Assembly: GCA_965215885.1 (NCBI GenBank)
Contig: CBDCEW010000105.1
Location: 224,001 to 288,000, forward strand
Direction of reading: 5' to 3'
Source: Candidatus Moanibacter sp.
GTDB lineage: Bacteria > Verrucomicrobiota > Verrucomicrobiia > Opitutales > UBA2987
DNA: 64,000 bases
In this document: one piece after another, positions 40,549 through 49,986 of the stretch
Position numbering within the stretch: position 1 is the first letter of the stretch
How the letters are laid out: the number at the start of each line of letters is the position of its first letter
The notes under the pieces: generated by a model
Seen by the model: the letters and a program-made list of their open reading frames with translations, nothing else
Databases searched by the model: none
What the model was told of the DNA's origin: nothing
Program-made: the position numbers and the translations under genes

Positions 40549-42192
40549 ATGCAACACGAAAACGGATTGGACCGCGCATCCAGATTCCAGCGTATAGGCC
40601 TTATTCTCGCTTTCTCATTCTTTATTGCCTCAGTAGTTTTCGTCCATACCCGCCGCGCACCGCAAATCCTGCAGTCCGGAGTAACGCACCTCACTGTGGC
40701 TCACTATGCCATACAGGCGGCCGGTGAAGGTTGGGAGGCCGCCATCAAAGAGTTTGAGAGGACCAAGGAGCGGGAAGGGGTTAAGGTGAAGATCGAACAG
40801 TCCCACATTCCCGTGCGGGCTTACCAACAATGGTTTCGCACGCAACTGGTGGGGGGAGAACCAGCCGATATCCTGATGCTGTGTTGGTCACCCGAGAGTC
40901 CCTACTACAGCGACTATTTTGTGTCCCTCTCGCCCTACGTCGATCTCCCCAATCCCTACAACGCGAATACGCCCCTGGAAGGCCTCCCTTGGCGAGACAC
41001 GTTTGTTAACGGGATGGAGAAGTGGATGGGGCGAGACCCGGGTTTCGGCATTTCCTACTGCTTTCAACTCATGCGATTATACGGCAATCTGGATCTAATC
41101 GAAGCGGCCACGGGCAAACGTGCGATGCCCCAAACGGTGGAAGAGCTGCTCGAGGCCGCAGGGGCGATCCGGGAATATGGGCGGAAGACGGCCCAACAGC
41201 TCGTACCGATCGGATATCTCGGTGTGGAAGCGTACACTGTCAGTCAGACGATTCCCACCTACTTCAGCCAGTTTACGGGTAATTTCATTGATCAGGCTCT
41301 GGACGGGACGGCGCAGCGCAGCGACATTCTTCGGGCAATAAAAGATGATCCTCGTGAGACGGATCGGGTCCTGGCCGTAATCGGTGTGCTCCGAGAGATC
41401 GGTCAATACTTTGCCAAGGGCTTTACCATGATCGATCCGGAACAGAGCTTATTCCTCTTCACGGCGGGAAGGACTGGATTTCTCTTCTGGGGTTCCTGGA
41501 TGGGTGGTACTCTCGACCGGGAAGGTGATTTCGAGTTGGGCATCGCGCCCTATCCGAAGGTTAGCGAATTTATGCCTTACGCGAAGTATTTTACAGGCCC
41601 CGTCTCGGAAAGCGGCGTTCCAGGATACCATGCGGCCTTCGGAATCACGCGTGCCTCAAGACAGTTTTCCCTGGCTCTCGAGTTTCTCCAGTACATCAGT
41701 TCCTACGAAGGGAATCAGTTAAGCATGAGCTATCCCAAGTGGGCTCCAATCGTGAAGAAAGCACGCTTTGAAGGACTGGTGCGCAACTTCAAACCCGTTA
41801 TGGAAGGAAACACCATGGTTCCCTGGCCATTTTACTACGGTTCCAGATCGGTACAGCGGAGGAGCAACGAGAAGATCGAAGAAATCATCATTCAGAATCG
41901 TCGGAATTATAAGGATTATTTTCTCGACGGGTTTCGCTCGTCCAAGTCCGACCTCGAAGAAAACATTCAGGAAGCCATCATCTCCCATTTCCGAACGGAT
42001 CTGGTGCGTGAATTCGAACGGTCACGCAGGGCCATTGCGCTTTTCCGACAAGATATAACGGCAGAGGAGAGAGCGATCACGAAGACGCAAGAAGAGCATG
42101 AGTTTGGCGTCTACTGTTCCCATTCGGAGGGTGGCCGCGTAGGACAATTGCGGGAGTTAAAGAAATACCTCGAAGCCGTCAGGACATTCTAA
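40549..42192 (+). CDS. ABC transporter extracellular solute-binding protein
   Basis: N-terminal membrane anchor; GGEPADI, PQTVEELL, F.AGR.G..GSW and A.EFLQY motifs. Confidence 0.82.
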   Translation: MQHENGLDRASRFQRIGLILAFSFFIASVVFVHTRRAPQILQSGVTHLTVAHYAIQAAGEGWEAAIKEFERTKEREGVKVKIEQSHIPVRAYQQWFRTQLVGGEPADILMLCWSPESPYYSDYFVSLSPYVDLPNPYNANTPLEGLPWRDTFVNGMEKWMGRDPGFGISYCFQLMRLYGNLDLIEAATGKRAMPQTVEELLEAAGAIREYGRKTAQQLVPIGYLGVEAYTVSQTIPTYFSQFTGNFIDQALDGTAQRSDILRAIKDDPRETDRVLAVIGVLREIGQYFAKGFTMIDPEQSLFLFTAGRTGFLFWGSWMGGTLDREGDFELGIAPYPKVSEFMPYAKYFTGPVSESGVPGYHAAFGITRASRQFSLALEFLQYISSYEGNQLSMSYPKWAPIVKKARFEGLVRNFKPVMEGNTMVPWPFYYGSRSVQRRSNEKIEEIIIQNRRNYKDYFLDGFRSSKSDLEENIQEAIISHFRTDLVREFERSRRAIALFRQDITAEERAITKTQEEHEFGVYCSHSEGGRVGQLRELKKYLEAVRTF

Positions 42193-42392
42193 GTACTCGT
42201 TAGCATGCGCTTATCCTGCCGATGTTCTGTGTTCGGACCGCCCCCTTACCGCAGATCGCCATCGAAGCGACTTGAGCATCCCCCGCGCTTGTCGCCATCG
42301 TTCTGAATTTCGGTTGGCACGCAAATTGCGTGGAGTTCTCTGGTTAGAGCATGAAGAAAATGGGGAGCAGAGGGAGGGCACTGGCGTCGTTG

Positions 42393-43035
42393 TCAGGAGG
42401 CAATCCGATGGGGTTGCGGGTTTAAGGATTGATCCTGGCGATTACAGACTTCGAAGAGTTCCTCAAGGAAGTTTTCTTTTCGCAGGAGCTTTTTGGGCAA
42501 TCGACCCACGGCGAGGGTTTTTCTGTTCGCCCGCCAGTGACTGAAGGGGGGTGCTTTCTGTGCAGCCTGGGCAAGCTTCTGGGGCAGATTATCGATACTG
42601 CCTAAAACCAGCTCCACATAGCGGGGATTGTGTAAGTTGGCCAGGAGCATGTATTCTTCGGGGAGCGCTTCAAAGTCGCGCGTCAGATTTTTGCGCCCGT
42701 GGGTTTGACGGCGTTTGCGCTTGGAGGTGCGCCAGGTGCCTTCCAGCTCACTGGTCGTGCGTACGCTGTCTGGATGGGCCGGTGGGGGAAGCAGCCGCTG
42801 CCAGTATTTGTCCAGATGAGTGACCACGGTGCGGTAGAGTTTGGCTTTCGAGGGGTTGGTCAGGGAGGCGCCTTTTTGGCGATATTGGGCACGCAGCAAC
42901 TGGAGAGCCTCGGTGAGCTCAGCGGCTTGTCCTGCTTGCAACAGATAAGGGTCGCTTAAAGGGCAGGGGCCGCTGGCGCTGAGCCAAAGGGCATCGCGCA
43001 AAGCGCTGAAAATGCAAAAAGCGTTTTCATAGATA
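42393..43035 (-). pseudogene. C-terminal remnant of an unrelated probable transposase
   Basis: HLDKYWQRL..RTTSELEGTWR..KR..R..HG resembles the RTNNxxExxF transposase signature; the 5' part is replaced by IS copy 3. Confidence 0.55.
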
Positions 43036-44953
43036 GACCCCATTCGAAAAGCCTTTCGAGCGGACGGTTTCAGGTTTTCCGCCACAGGCGGACCAGCCTA
43101 TGGCTGGCAGGCGTCGGGTTTCAGGCTGCCGACGCTGCCGATGAGCAGGTATTGAGCGGCCATCGGCGTGGCTTGCTGCACAATACGCATATTTGCCGCT
43201 GTTTGGAGGCATACTCATCCCGTGGTGCTTTTTTCTCCGAGCTGCAAAGCGGTCAGATTCAGGCCGCCTGTTCCAGTTCCTCCCCTCGGCGTTTCTTCAT
43301 CAGTATGATGCGGCAGAAGTTGTAGGCCAGAACCTTCTCGAGCAGTTCATCGCCTACCGCATCGATGCCGCGGCGGCCGAGTTCGCCAAAGGCAAATCCA
43401 TCTTTAATCGTGAACATCAGCGACTCCACTGCGGAGCGATTGCGGCGTGCCTCGCGATACGCCTCGCTCTCCCGGTCCTCGGGGGTGGTCAACTTCTTGC
43501 CCTTCGCCCCACTGATACTGATCTGCTTTACCCCCATGCCCAGCACCTCCTTGCGCCCCTTCGCCGAAGCATATCCGTCATCGGTGCTGATCAGTTCAGC
43601 AATGACACCGGTGCGCTTGATCGAATCGCCGATGGCCGGCGCCAGCTCAATGGAGTCTGCCGCATTGCCTTGCGGTACGATCAGGCTGGTGACAAAACCG
43701 TTTTCGCTGCGAACCAGTTGTGGCTTGTACCCGATCACTGGATTGCGGCTGCCCTTCTTGATGTAGGCCGCCGATCCGTCCGACAGGCTCAGGACCTTCT
43801 GTGTGGACGGTAGCTTCTTTTCGTGAAACACCCGATCATGAGCATACTCAACAACCCGCTTGGCGTCGGCAATATCGCGCCTGATCTGGCTCAATACCCG
43901 CTTCAGAAGCTCCCGGCGAGTGGGAGGCAGTGAATCCATCGACAGGCCCTCTTCAAGATGGCTCAGTTCCCCCGTTAGTGAGTCGGCCGCCTTGCGGCCC
44001 CGCTTGAGCAACCGCCGGTAGTGTTTCTTCAGCTTGCCCTTCGGCTTCGGTTTGCCCGCGGCCAGACAAATCTGAAACTCCAGCTTGTCCATTTCCTCCA
44101 GCCAACGCCCAACCCATCCCTTGCGAAAATCCTCCAGCCCGAAGACATGCAACTTCTGACCCAAACGATTGGCCCGCATCAAAAGACCGCTCAGAATCTT
44201 CCCATCGGTGGGCCAGCAGCTGTTTGCTTTCACCGAGGTGCTGTCGATCGTCAGCTTCCCGAAATCGTCCCATTGCTCCTGGAGGATAAACCCAATCTGT
44301 TTATCAAAGATCAACTCGCGGGTCCTATGGCTGACCAGGTTCACGTTCTCCAGAATCGTCGTCACCGCCGGCATTCTCAGTCCCCCGCTCTGCAAAAATC
44401 CGTACAAGCTCATCGACTCGCGCACAAACCGCCGTGCCGGTTTCGTGGTCAACGAACCCAGAAACCCTCGAAGCATCACGAACACGTATACCGCATAAGC
44501 CGGCATCCGCGGCCGGCCTGCCCCAAGATTCAATTCAGCAGCCAGAATATTCTCCTCCTCGATGTCCAGCTCCGGCAGCTCCGCTGTGCGCCCTTCAAAG
44601 AACCTTCGATCTTCCAATCGAAGTTTCTTCTTCTCACGCGCATGGGCGTCCAGATCCTTCTCGATCGCCTCGATGATTTGCGCCGCGAACCCGGCCAATT
44701 CTTCAACTTCATCCAGAAAATCACGAAACTCCGTGTCTGGAACCGGCAGAATGAGGTTGCTAAGGGGCGTCTTGTCGCTTTTGTTCTCCTCTGTCGCACA
44801 TGTTGGCATGTTTAACTCCTTTCTTAATCTTAAGTTGTTAAACACTAGTATGTTACGACACTTTTTATCAAGCCGAAAAACTGATTTTTCTCAAGTTTTT
44901 CTTGCGCCTTTTGCGCCTTTTTGCGGCAAATCAGTAGCTTTTCGGATAAGGTC
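43036..44953 (-). mobile_element. IS copy 3 (more diverged)
   Basis: Same terminal repeats with scattered substitutions; flanks TAGATA / GAGCTA do not match. Confidence 0.95.
43259..44809 (-). CDS. DDE transposase
   Basis: Intact frame with several amino-acid differences from copies 1, 2 and 4. Confidence 0.92.
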   Translation of the reverse strand: MPTCATEENKSDKTPLSNLILPVPDTEFRDFLDEVEELAGFAAQIIEAIEKDLDAHAREKKKLRLEDRRFFEGRTAELPELDIEEENILAAELNLGAGRPRMPAYAVYVFVMLRGFLGSLTTKPARRFVRESMSLYGFLQSGGLRMPAVTTILENVNLVSHRTRELIFDKQIGFILQEQWDDFGKLTIDSTSVKANSCWPTDGKILSGLLMRANRLGQKLHVFGLEDFRKGWVGRWLEEMDKLEFQICLAAGKPKPKGKLKKHYRRLLKRGRKAADSLTGELSHLEEGLSMDSLPPTRRELLKRVLSQIRRDIADAKRVVEYAHDRVFHEKKLPSTQKVLSLSDGSAAYIKKGSRNPVIGYKPQLVRSENGFVTSLIVPQGNAADSIELAPAIGDSIKRTGVIAELISTDDGYASAKGRKEVLGMGVKQISISGAKGKKLTTPEDRESEAYREARRNRSAVESLMFTIKDGFAFGELGRRGIDAVGDELLEKVLAYNFCRIILMKKRRGEELEQAA

Positions 44954-45341
44954 GAGCTATAAGGGCCGTATCCACCTCACAGCTACCATGATTCAAGACG
45001 ATCCGGGCCGCTTTGAGACCGCCGCTGAGATCAAGATGATGCGTGGGATGGGAGCGGACATGGTCACGCACAACGTCGGAACCGAGGCGGTCTACGCACG
45101 GCAACTCGGGATCCGCTTCGCGGCTTTGAACTCCGGCTCAAATCCCGCCGTGGGTGTAAGACCCTTCAAGTATGCGGACATGCAGAACAGCGTGGCGCGA
45201 ATCACCTCACAGTCCGTGCCGATTATTCTCGAATGCGTAGCAAAAATTCCAACCCTGGATAATTCCTACGATCCAATCTGTGACGGTGAGAGATATGAAG
45301 GTTCCTATACCGGCAAAAGCGCCAAACCCGGTGTAGGGTGA
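44954..45341 (+). pseudogene. 3' fragment of an MTAP/purine nucleoside phosphorylase family gene
   Basis: GRFETAAEI..GADMV..EAVYARQLG..SNPAVG; the 5' part is lost at the IS end. Confidence 0.8.
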
Positions 45342-45418
45342 ACGGGCGATGAGGTAACGTTCATTTAGGGGTGGAACCCGGCTTGGGAAGATCCCACCCC
45401 TCCTCGATCGGAGTGGAC

Positions 45419-45464
45419 GTAGCCGCGTTCGCAAGAACGTGGTCGCGGATTCCGAAACGGCTAC
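45419..45464. repeat. GTAG-type REP-like copy
   Basis: 42 nt identical to 24012-24053, closed by CTAC. Confidence 0.85.
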
Positions 45465-45570
45465 TTTGTCAGTCGAATCCCATTTTGATGAATACCCCTG
45501 GATCCTCTGTAACATTTCAGAAAGGATATATGATTGCAATCCAGCACAACCGGACTAAAGTGGACTAATT

Positions 45571-45813
45571 ATGAAATACACCATCCATGCAGCGAAGACA
45601 CAATTCTCGAAGCTTGTCGCGCAGGCCGAAGAAGGGAAGGAAGTCCTCATCGGAAGGGGCAACGGAAAGCCCACCGTTCAGTTAGTAAGGATCCAAAATT
45701 CCGGCACCCGGCTTCGAAGGCACCCAGAGTTAAAGGGCTCAATAGTAAAGATGAACAGAAAGGCACTGACACAACCACTACCCTCTGAGGAGTGGGGCAA
45801 TCTCATAAAGTAG
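45571..45813 (+). CDS. Phd/YefM family antitoxin
   Basis: TIHAAKTQFSKLV..AE.G.EV.I.R..KP motif. Confidence 0.9.
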   Translation: MKYTIHAAKTQFSKLVAQAEEGKEVLIGRGNGKPTVQLVRIQNSGTRLRRHPELKGSIVKMNRKALTQPLPSEEWGNLIK

Positions 45814-45819
45814 CTTCGT

Positions 45820-46209
45820 ATGGCGGTACTCGATACCTGTACCTTTCTTTGGCTGGTCGATCGCCCGGAGGAACTTTCGGAAAGAGCGAAGCGTGAAATT
45901 GATCGCGCAGCAGAGCTTTACCTCAGCAGCATCAGCGTAACAGAGATTCATCGGCTGATTCGACTCAAAGAGCTGGAGATTAACGTCGAATCGAACTCTC
46001 TGGATAGCTGGATTGGGAAGGCCCTGGATCACCATCGAGTGACTTGCCACCCGATAACACTGGAGGTCGCACACGAGGCGGAGTTGCTCCCGTGGATACA
46101 CAAAAATCCGGCCGATCGCTTTATTCTGGCGACGGCCCATTTCCTAAAGACTCCTGTAATTTCGCCGGACATCCTGTTTCCTCAGTATCCTGTGTCCGTT
46201 ACATGGTAA
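45820..46209 (+). CDS. vapC: PIN-domain (VapC) toxin
   Basis: VLDTC.FLW, S.IS..EI, HKNPADR.I.ATA and IS.D motifs. Confidence 0.9.
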   Translation: MAVLDTCTFLWLVDRPEELSERAKREIDRAAELYLSSISVTEIHRLIRLKELEINVESNSLDSWIGKALDHHRVTCHPITLEVAHEAELLPWIHKNPADRFILATAHFLKTPVISPDILFPQYPVSVTW

Positions 46210-46299
46210 ACGGGCACGGTCGCACAGAACGGGACTCCGATAACCGTGAGGCGTAGGAAGGCCTTCTGATGGCGACTACCTCTTAGTCGTATCGACAGG

Positions 46300-46452
46300 G
46301 AACTGGCAAAGGCGAATATGCCTACCCCACGTTTCGTCCGCGCCGCAGCCGCGGCAGGCGGAAAGATCTACGCCATTGGTGGAATCGATGGCGTAGAGTT
46401 AGCCACCGTTGAGAAGCTGGATATATTATTATTCTTACACCAGAAGAACTAA
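46300..46452 (+). pseudogene. Kelch-repeat protein C-terminal fragment (not in the ORF track)
   Basis: Translates to MPTPRFVRAAAAAGGKIYAIGGIDGVELATVEKLD, one Kelch blade. Confidence 0.7.
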
Positions 46453-46601
46453 GTTCCGGAGTCCCGTGCACGCCGACCCTGCCGTAGTGCATGTTTAGCG
46501 TTTCTGATAACGATACCGATCAAACCACCGGAGGCGGCGGACAGACGGATTCACCCCGAGAGAGACGAACGACGCATTTAAATTGACGGCCGCCGATCGA
46601 A

Positions 46602-48005
46602 ATGCAAGAGCGTGAGGTTTATGACGGAAACGGAGATTCAGACTTGGAACGGGATTTTCGCGCGAAACTGACCGAAGGTCCGGTGGGGGCGACGCTGCTG
46701 GGGTTGTCTTTGCCGATGATGGGGGGAATCTTCGGCGCCATCGGTTTTAACCTCGCGGACACTTACTTCGTGGCACTGCTGGGCACCCGGGAACTGGCCG
46801 CCATGAGTTTCACCTTCCCCGTCGTGATGGTCATGATCGGGCTGGCTTTCGGGCTCAGTACCGGTACCGTCTCGGTGGTTTCACAGGCAATCGGCCGGGG
46901 CGAGATGGGACGGGTGAAACGTCTCGTAACTGACAGCTTGGTACTGGCTTTTCTCGCTGTGCTGGCCGCCTCAATCACGGGCATGTTGACCATCGACCCA
47001 CTCTTCACACTCTTGGGGGCAACGCCGGAAACACTGCCGTTGATCCGGGAATACATGCTGATCTGGTATCCCGGGATGGTCTGCCTGGTAGTTCCAATCG
47101 TAGCCAACGCGGCGATCCGGGCGACCGGAGATGCGAAAATCCCGGCGTTGATCATTATTGGCGGTACATTGACCAACCTGATCCTCGATCCCATCCTTAT
47201 ATTCGGCTGGTTCGGCTTTCCCGCGCTTGGATTGAAAGGGGCCGCAATCGCTACCGTTATCGGCAGGGCCGGTACGATGGTGATCTCCCTGCTGATACTT
47301 CACTACCGGGAGCGGTTAGTCGAATTTTCCCTTCCAAAGTTTAGGGAAGTATTAGATTCGTGGAAGACGGTGGGCACGATTGCGGTACCGGCAACGTTGA
47401 CCAATCTTCTCCAGCCGGTGGCCCTGGGCGCGATCACGCGGTTGATCGCGGAGTACGGTGCGGGTGCTGTTGCCGCCTGGGGGGCCGGATCGAGGGTTTC
47501 TTCATTTGTCCTCATTCCAATTTTCGGCGTGTGCTCGGGGTTGGTTCCTTTTATCGGGCAGAATTGGGGTGCAGAGCTCTTCGGACGCGTGAGCAAGGCA
47601 CGAAATTACGGCTACTTTTCCGCCGTCGTCTGGGGAGTCGCCCTCATAGGCTTACTGCACGTGGCCGCCGAACCAGTGGCGCGGGTGTTCAGCGACGATG
47701 CGGACGTCGTGAAAGAGATTGTGGGGTACCTATGGATCGTGCCGATCGGGTACGCAACCGTCGGAATTCTGAGCGTTACCGAGGAGACCCTGAACGCCAT
47801 CGGTAAGCCAATAATCGCGGCCGTCCAGACCCTCGTATACATGTTCGCCTTTTACATCCCACTGGGTTTTGCCGGCGCACGGATGCACGCCTTCACAGGA
47901 CTGCTTTGGGGACTGACGGCTGCCGATGTGCTCGGCGGAATCGTAGGCCTCTGGCTCGCCCGTACCATGTGTAGGCGTGGTGAACATGCCTGTTTGGCCC
48001 GATGA
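46602..48005 (+). CDS. MATE family efflux transporter
   Basis: [22 protein letters not shown] and [18 protein letters not shown] motifs; about 12 hydrophobic segments. Confidence 0.93.
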   Translation: MQEREVYDGNGDSDLERDFRAKLTEGPVGATLLGLSLPMMGGIFGAIGFNLADTYFVALLGTRELAAMSFTFPVVMVMIGLAFGLSTGTVSVVSQAIGRGEMGRVKRLVTDSLVLAFLAVLAASITGMLTIDPLFTLLGATPETLPLIREYMLIWYPGMVCLVVPIVANAAIRATGDAKIPALIIIGGTLTNLILDPILIFGWFGFPALGLKGAAIATVIGRAGTMVISLLILHYRERLVEFSLPKFREVLDSWKTVGTIAVPATLTNLLQPVALGAITRLIAEYGAGAVAAWGAGSRVSSFVLIPIFGVCSGLVPFIGQNWGAELFGRVSKARNYGYFSAVVWGVALIGLLHVAAEPVARVFSDDADVVKEIVGYLWIVPIGYATVGILSVTEETLNAIGKPIIAAVQTLVYMFAFYIPLGFAGARMHAFTGLLWGLTAADVLGGIVGLWLARTMCRRGEHACLAR

Positions 48006-48246
48006 GATGCTACACCTGACTCCTAAGGTGGGCGATGAGGCACCCGATTTCGAATTGTTTGGCATTGACGGGCGCGAATCCGTTCGACTCTCGGATTTTC
48101 GTGGGGAGAAACCTGTCGCCCTGGTCTTCGGCAGCTTTACCTGACCGCCCTTCGTAAGGGAAGCGGTCAGCCTTCGCGACCTTTACGAAGCCTATGATGG
48201 CCAGATCCAATTTCTGGTGATTTACATTCGCGAGGCGCATCCGGGC
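47986..48246 (+). pseudogene. Iodothyronine-deiodinase-like selenoprotein (in-frame UGA), 3'-truncated
   Basis: [42 protein letters not shown] with TGA at 48142-48144. Start is ATG 47986 or 48007. Confidence 0.85.
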
Positions 48247-48588
48247 CTATTCTCCAAAATGACAATCCAGGATAACTTCCGAAGCATTCCTGGCATCAAC
48301 GAGATCCTCGACCGCCTGTCCCAACGGTGGGAGTTCCGCAGCACCCTCATCTGTTTCAGGTCCAGGAAATCCCGAGTAACCCAGATACCGGTCTCCGACC
48401 TTCACAACGAAGAGTCCGGGGTAACTGGCGGAAGTATCCCACGGCACCGGAAACTGACCATGTTCGACTAGCAGCGTTCGAATTGCTTTTCCTAATTCTC
48501 GTCGCGAGGCTGAATGCACTCTTGTGTTCTCGTCCCAACCCTCCAGCGGGTATTTCCGTAACGCCGATTTTAGTGTCTCGTCCATCAT
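48247..48588 (-). CDS. Hypothetical protein
   Basis: 113-aa ORF with GGAGG upstream; no motif recognised. Confidence 0.6.
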   Translation of the reverse strand: MMDETLKSALRKYPLEGWDENTRVHSASRRELGKAIRTLLVEHGQFPVPWDTSASYPGLFVVKVGDRYLGYSGFPGPETDEGAAELPPLGQAVEDLVDARNASEVILDCHFGE

Positions 48589-48657
48589 GTTAAGTCCTCC
48601 GAATTAACACTCGCTGGACAATAAATGGTACTTTCTGTTCGGCGAAAACTGGTTATC

Positions 48658-49650
48658 TTAATCACAGATGATCATGACCAGTTCATTCAGTTCCGAAAGC
48701 CTCTCCTCCAGGTCAGGGGCAGGAACGCCAATCCATGCACCCCAGGGTTGGGATTCATGTCTCGTGGAAAGTACGGCAAAGGCAGCTAACTGATCGCGGG
48801 CGTTCTCCTCAATCGTGACATTCTCACCAATCGCCAGACGCGCTGCATAGGCAATTTCAATCCGTTCCTGCAACCACTCGGGTGCAATCTCTCTACGCTG
48901 AATTACGTCTTCTAGACTGGTGTCTGAAATAGTCGCAAGACGGTTTGCAAAACCTTGAGCATCGCGACCTCCGGCCACACGCTCGAAATGTGTCAATCCC
49001 CGCGCCATGGAGCTAATTCTCTCTCCCCAACTTTCCAAAAGAACGAGGCGGAGTGCACCTGCCGCCTCTCGAATCGCAAGAGTTGCATTCACATGGTCAT
49101 TTGCTTCTAGTGATTGGACCGCCCGATCTCTTGCGTCGCACACTTGAACCCTCCACTGCTGGATACGTGCTGCCACCACTAGTGGATCAAACCGAATCTC
49201 CCTCGCCCTCTTGGCAAATGCTTCAGCTAGTCCATCAGGATCGGCAACGCCTCTTCCCCCATATGACTTATCTATACCATGAAGCCATCGGCGGTCTGAC
49301 ATACGCCTTGCCGCTTCCGGGGCGCCTGCCTTAATCACCTGTTCCACTTCCTGGTCGCTAAAGCGCAGCCAGCCAACATCAAGCGATTGAGCCCAATCCG
49401 ACCCCGCCCACCGCTCGACAAGTGCCGATCTCCGGCGCTCGATTTCTACTTCAGTCTCGGCGCCTTCAGTCGAGATGGGTATGAAATCAATGTCAGATAA
49501 CGGCCACGGCTCCCCCCTTCCAACGCTACCGCCAAGAACAAGCCCTCGCACGCCGGGCACCTTTCCCAACGCAGAAGCCGCTTCCTCAGCGCGCTCCTCG
49601 AGCAACTGACGCCAACGATCCGTCACGGTGGTCTCCACTTTCAATCCCAA
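48658..49650 (-). CDS. Pol-beta-type nucleotidyltransferase domain protein with helical C-terminus
   Basis: GGSVGRG....SDIDF motif plus a third Asp in SLDV. Confidence 0.78.
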   Translation of the reverse strand: MGLKVETTVTDRWRQLLEERAEEAASALGKVPGVRGLVLGGSVGRGEPWPLSDIDFIPISTEGAETEVEIERRRSALVERWAGSDWAQSLDVGWLRFSDQEVEQVIKAGAPEAARRMSDRRWLHGIDKSYGGRGVADPDGLAEAFAKRAREIRFDPLVVAARIQQWRVQVCDARDRAVQSLEANDHVNATLAIREAAGALRLVLLESWGERISSMARGLTHFERVAGGRDAQGFANRLATISDTSLEDVIQRREIAPEWLQERIEIAYAARLAIGENVTIEENARDQLAAFAVLSTRHESQPWGAWIGVPAPDLEERLSELNELVMIICD

Positions 49651-49986
49651 TCAAAATTTGAACAATAACGTAGCGGACAAATCGCTGAGCGAAGTCGGGG
49701 CCTAACCAAGCTAGGAAGATGTCGGTGATCCAATCCCGCCGCACTCTACGAAAGCACCCAGATGGTTGTCTTTTCAGCGAATTCAGTAAGCTAAGTCCGA
49801 CAGATTCCTGGGCGCAGCGCGGGTCTTGCTCTCCGGCCTTCCAGCCGGAAGTGCCGGGTGTGTTATAATCGATCGCCTCGAGGGCGCGGCGAGCCTGCTC
49901 CCACATACGGTGCTAACAACTATTGATTTCTTGGCCAATTATTCTTAAACCGAAGCGAATTGAATCTCATATGACAAAAATTCCCT

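Noticed and set aside
30684..44953. Composite transposon carrying the ABC/nitrilase cluster
   Set aside because: The outer flanks TGGCTA and GAGCTA are not a duplication, and the two IS copies are diverged.
48244..48471. In-frame continuation as the true deiodinase C-terminus
   Set aside because: Lacks the expected DGW, ER and YxAxPxR motifs and lies antisense to ORF 48247-48588.
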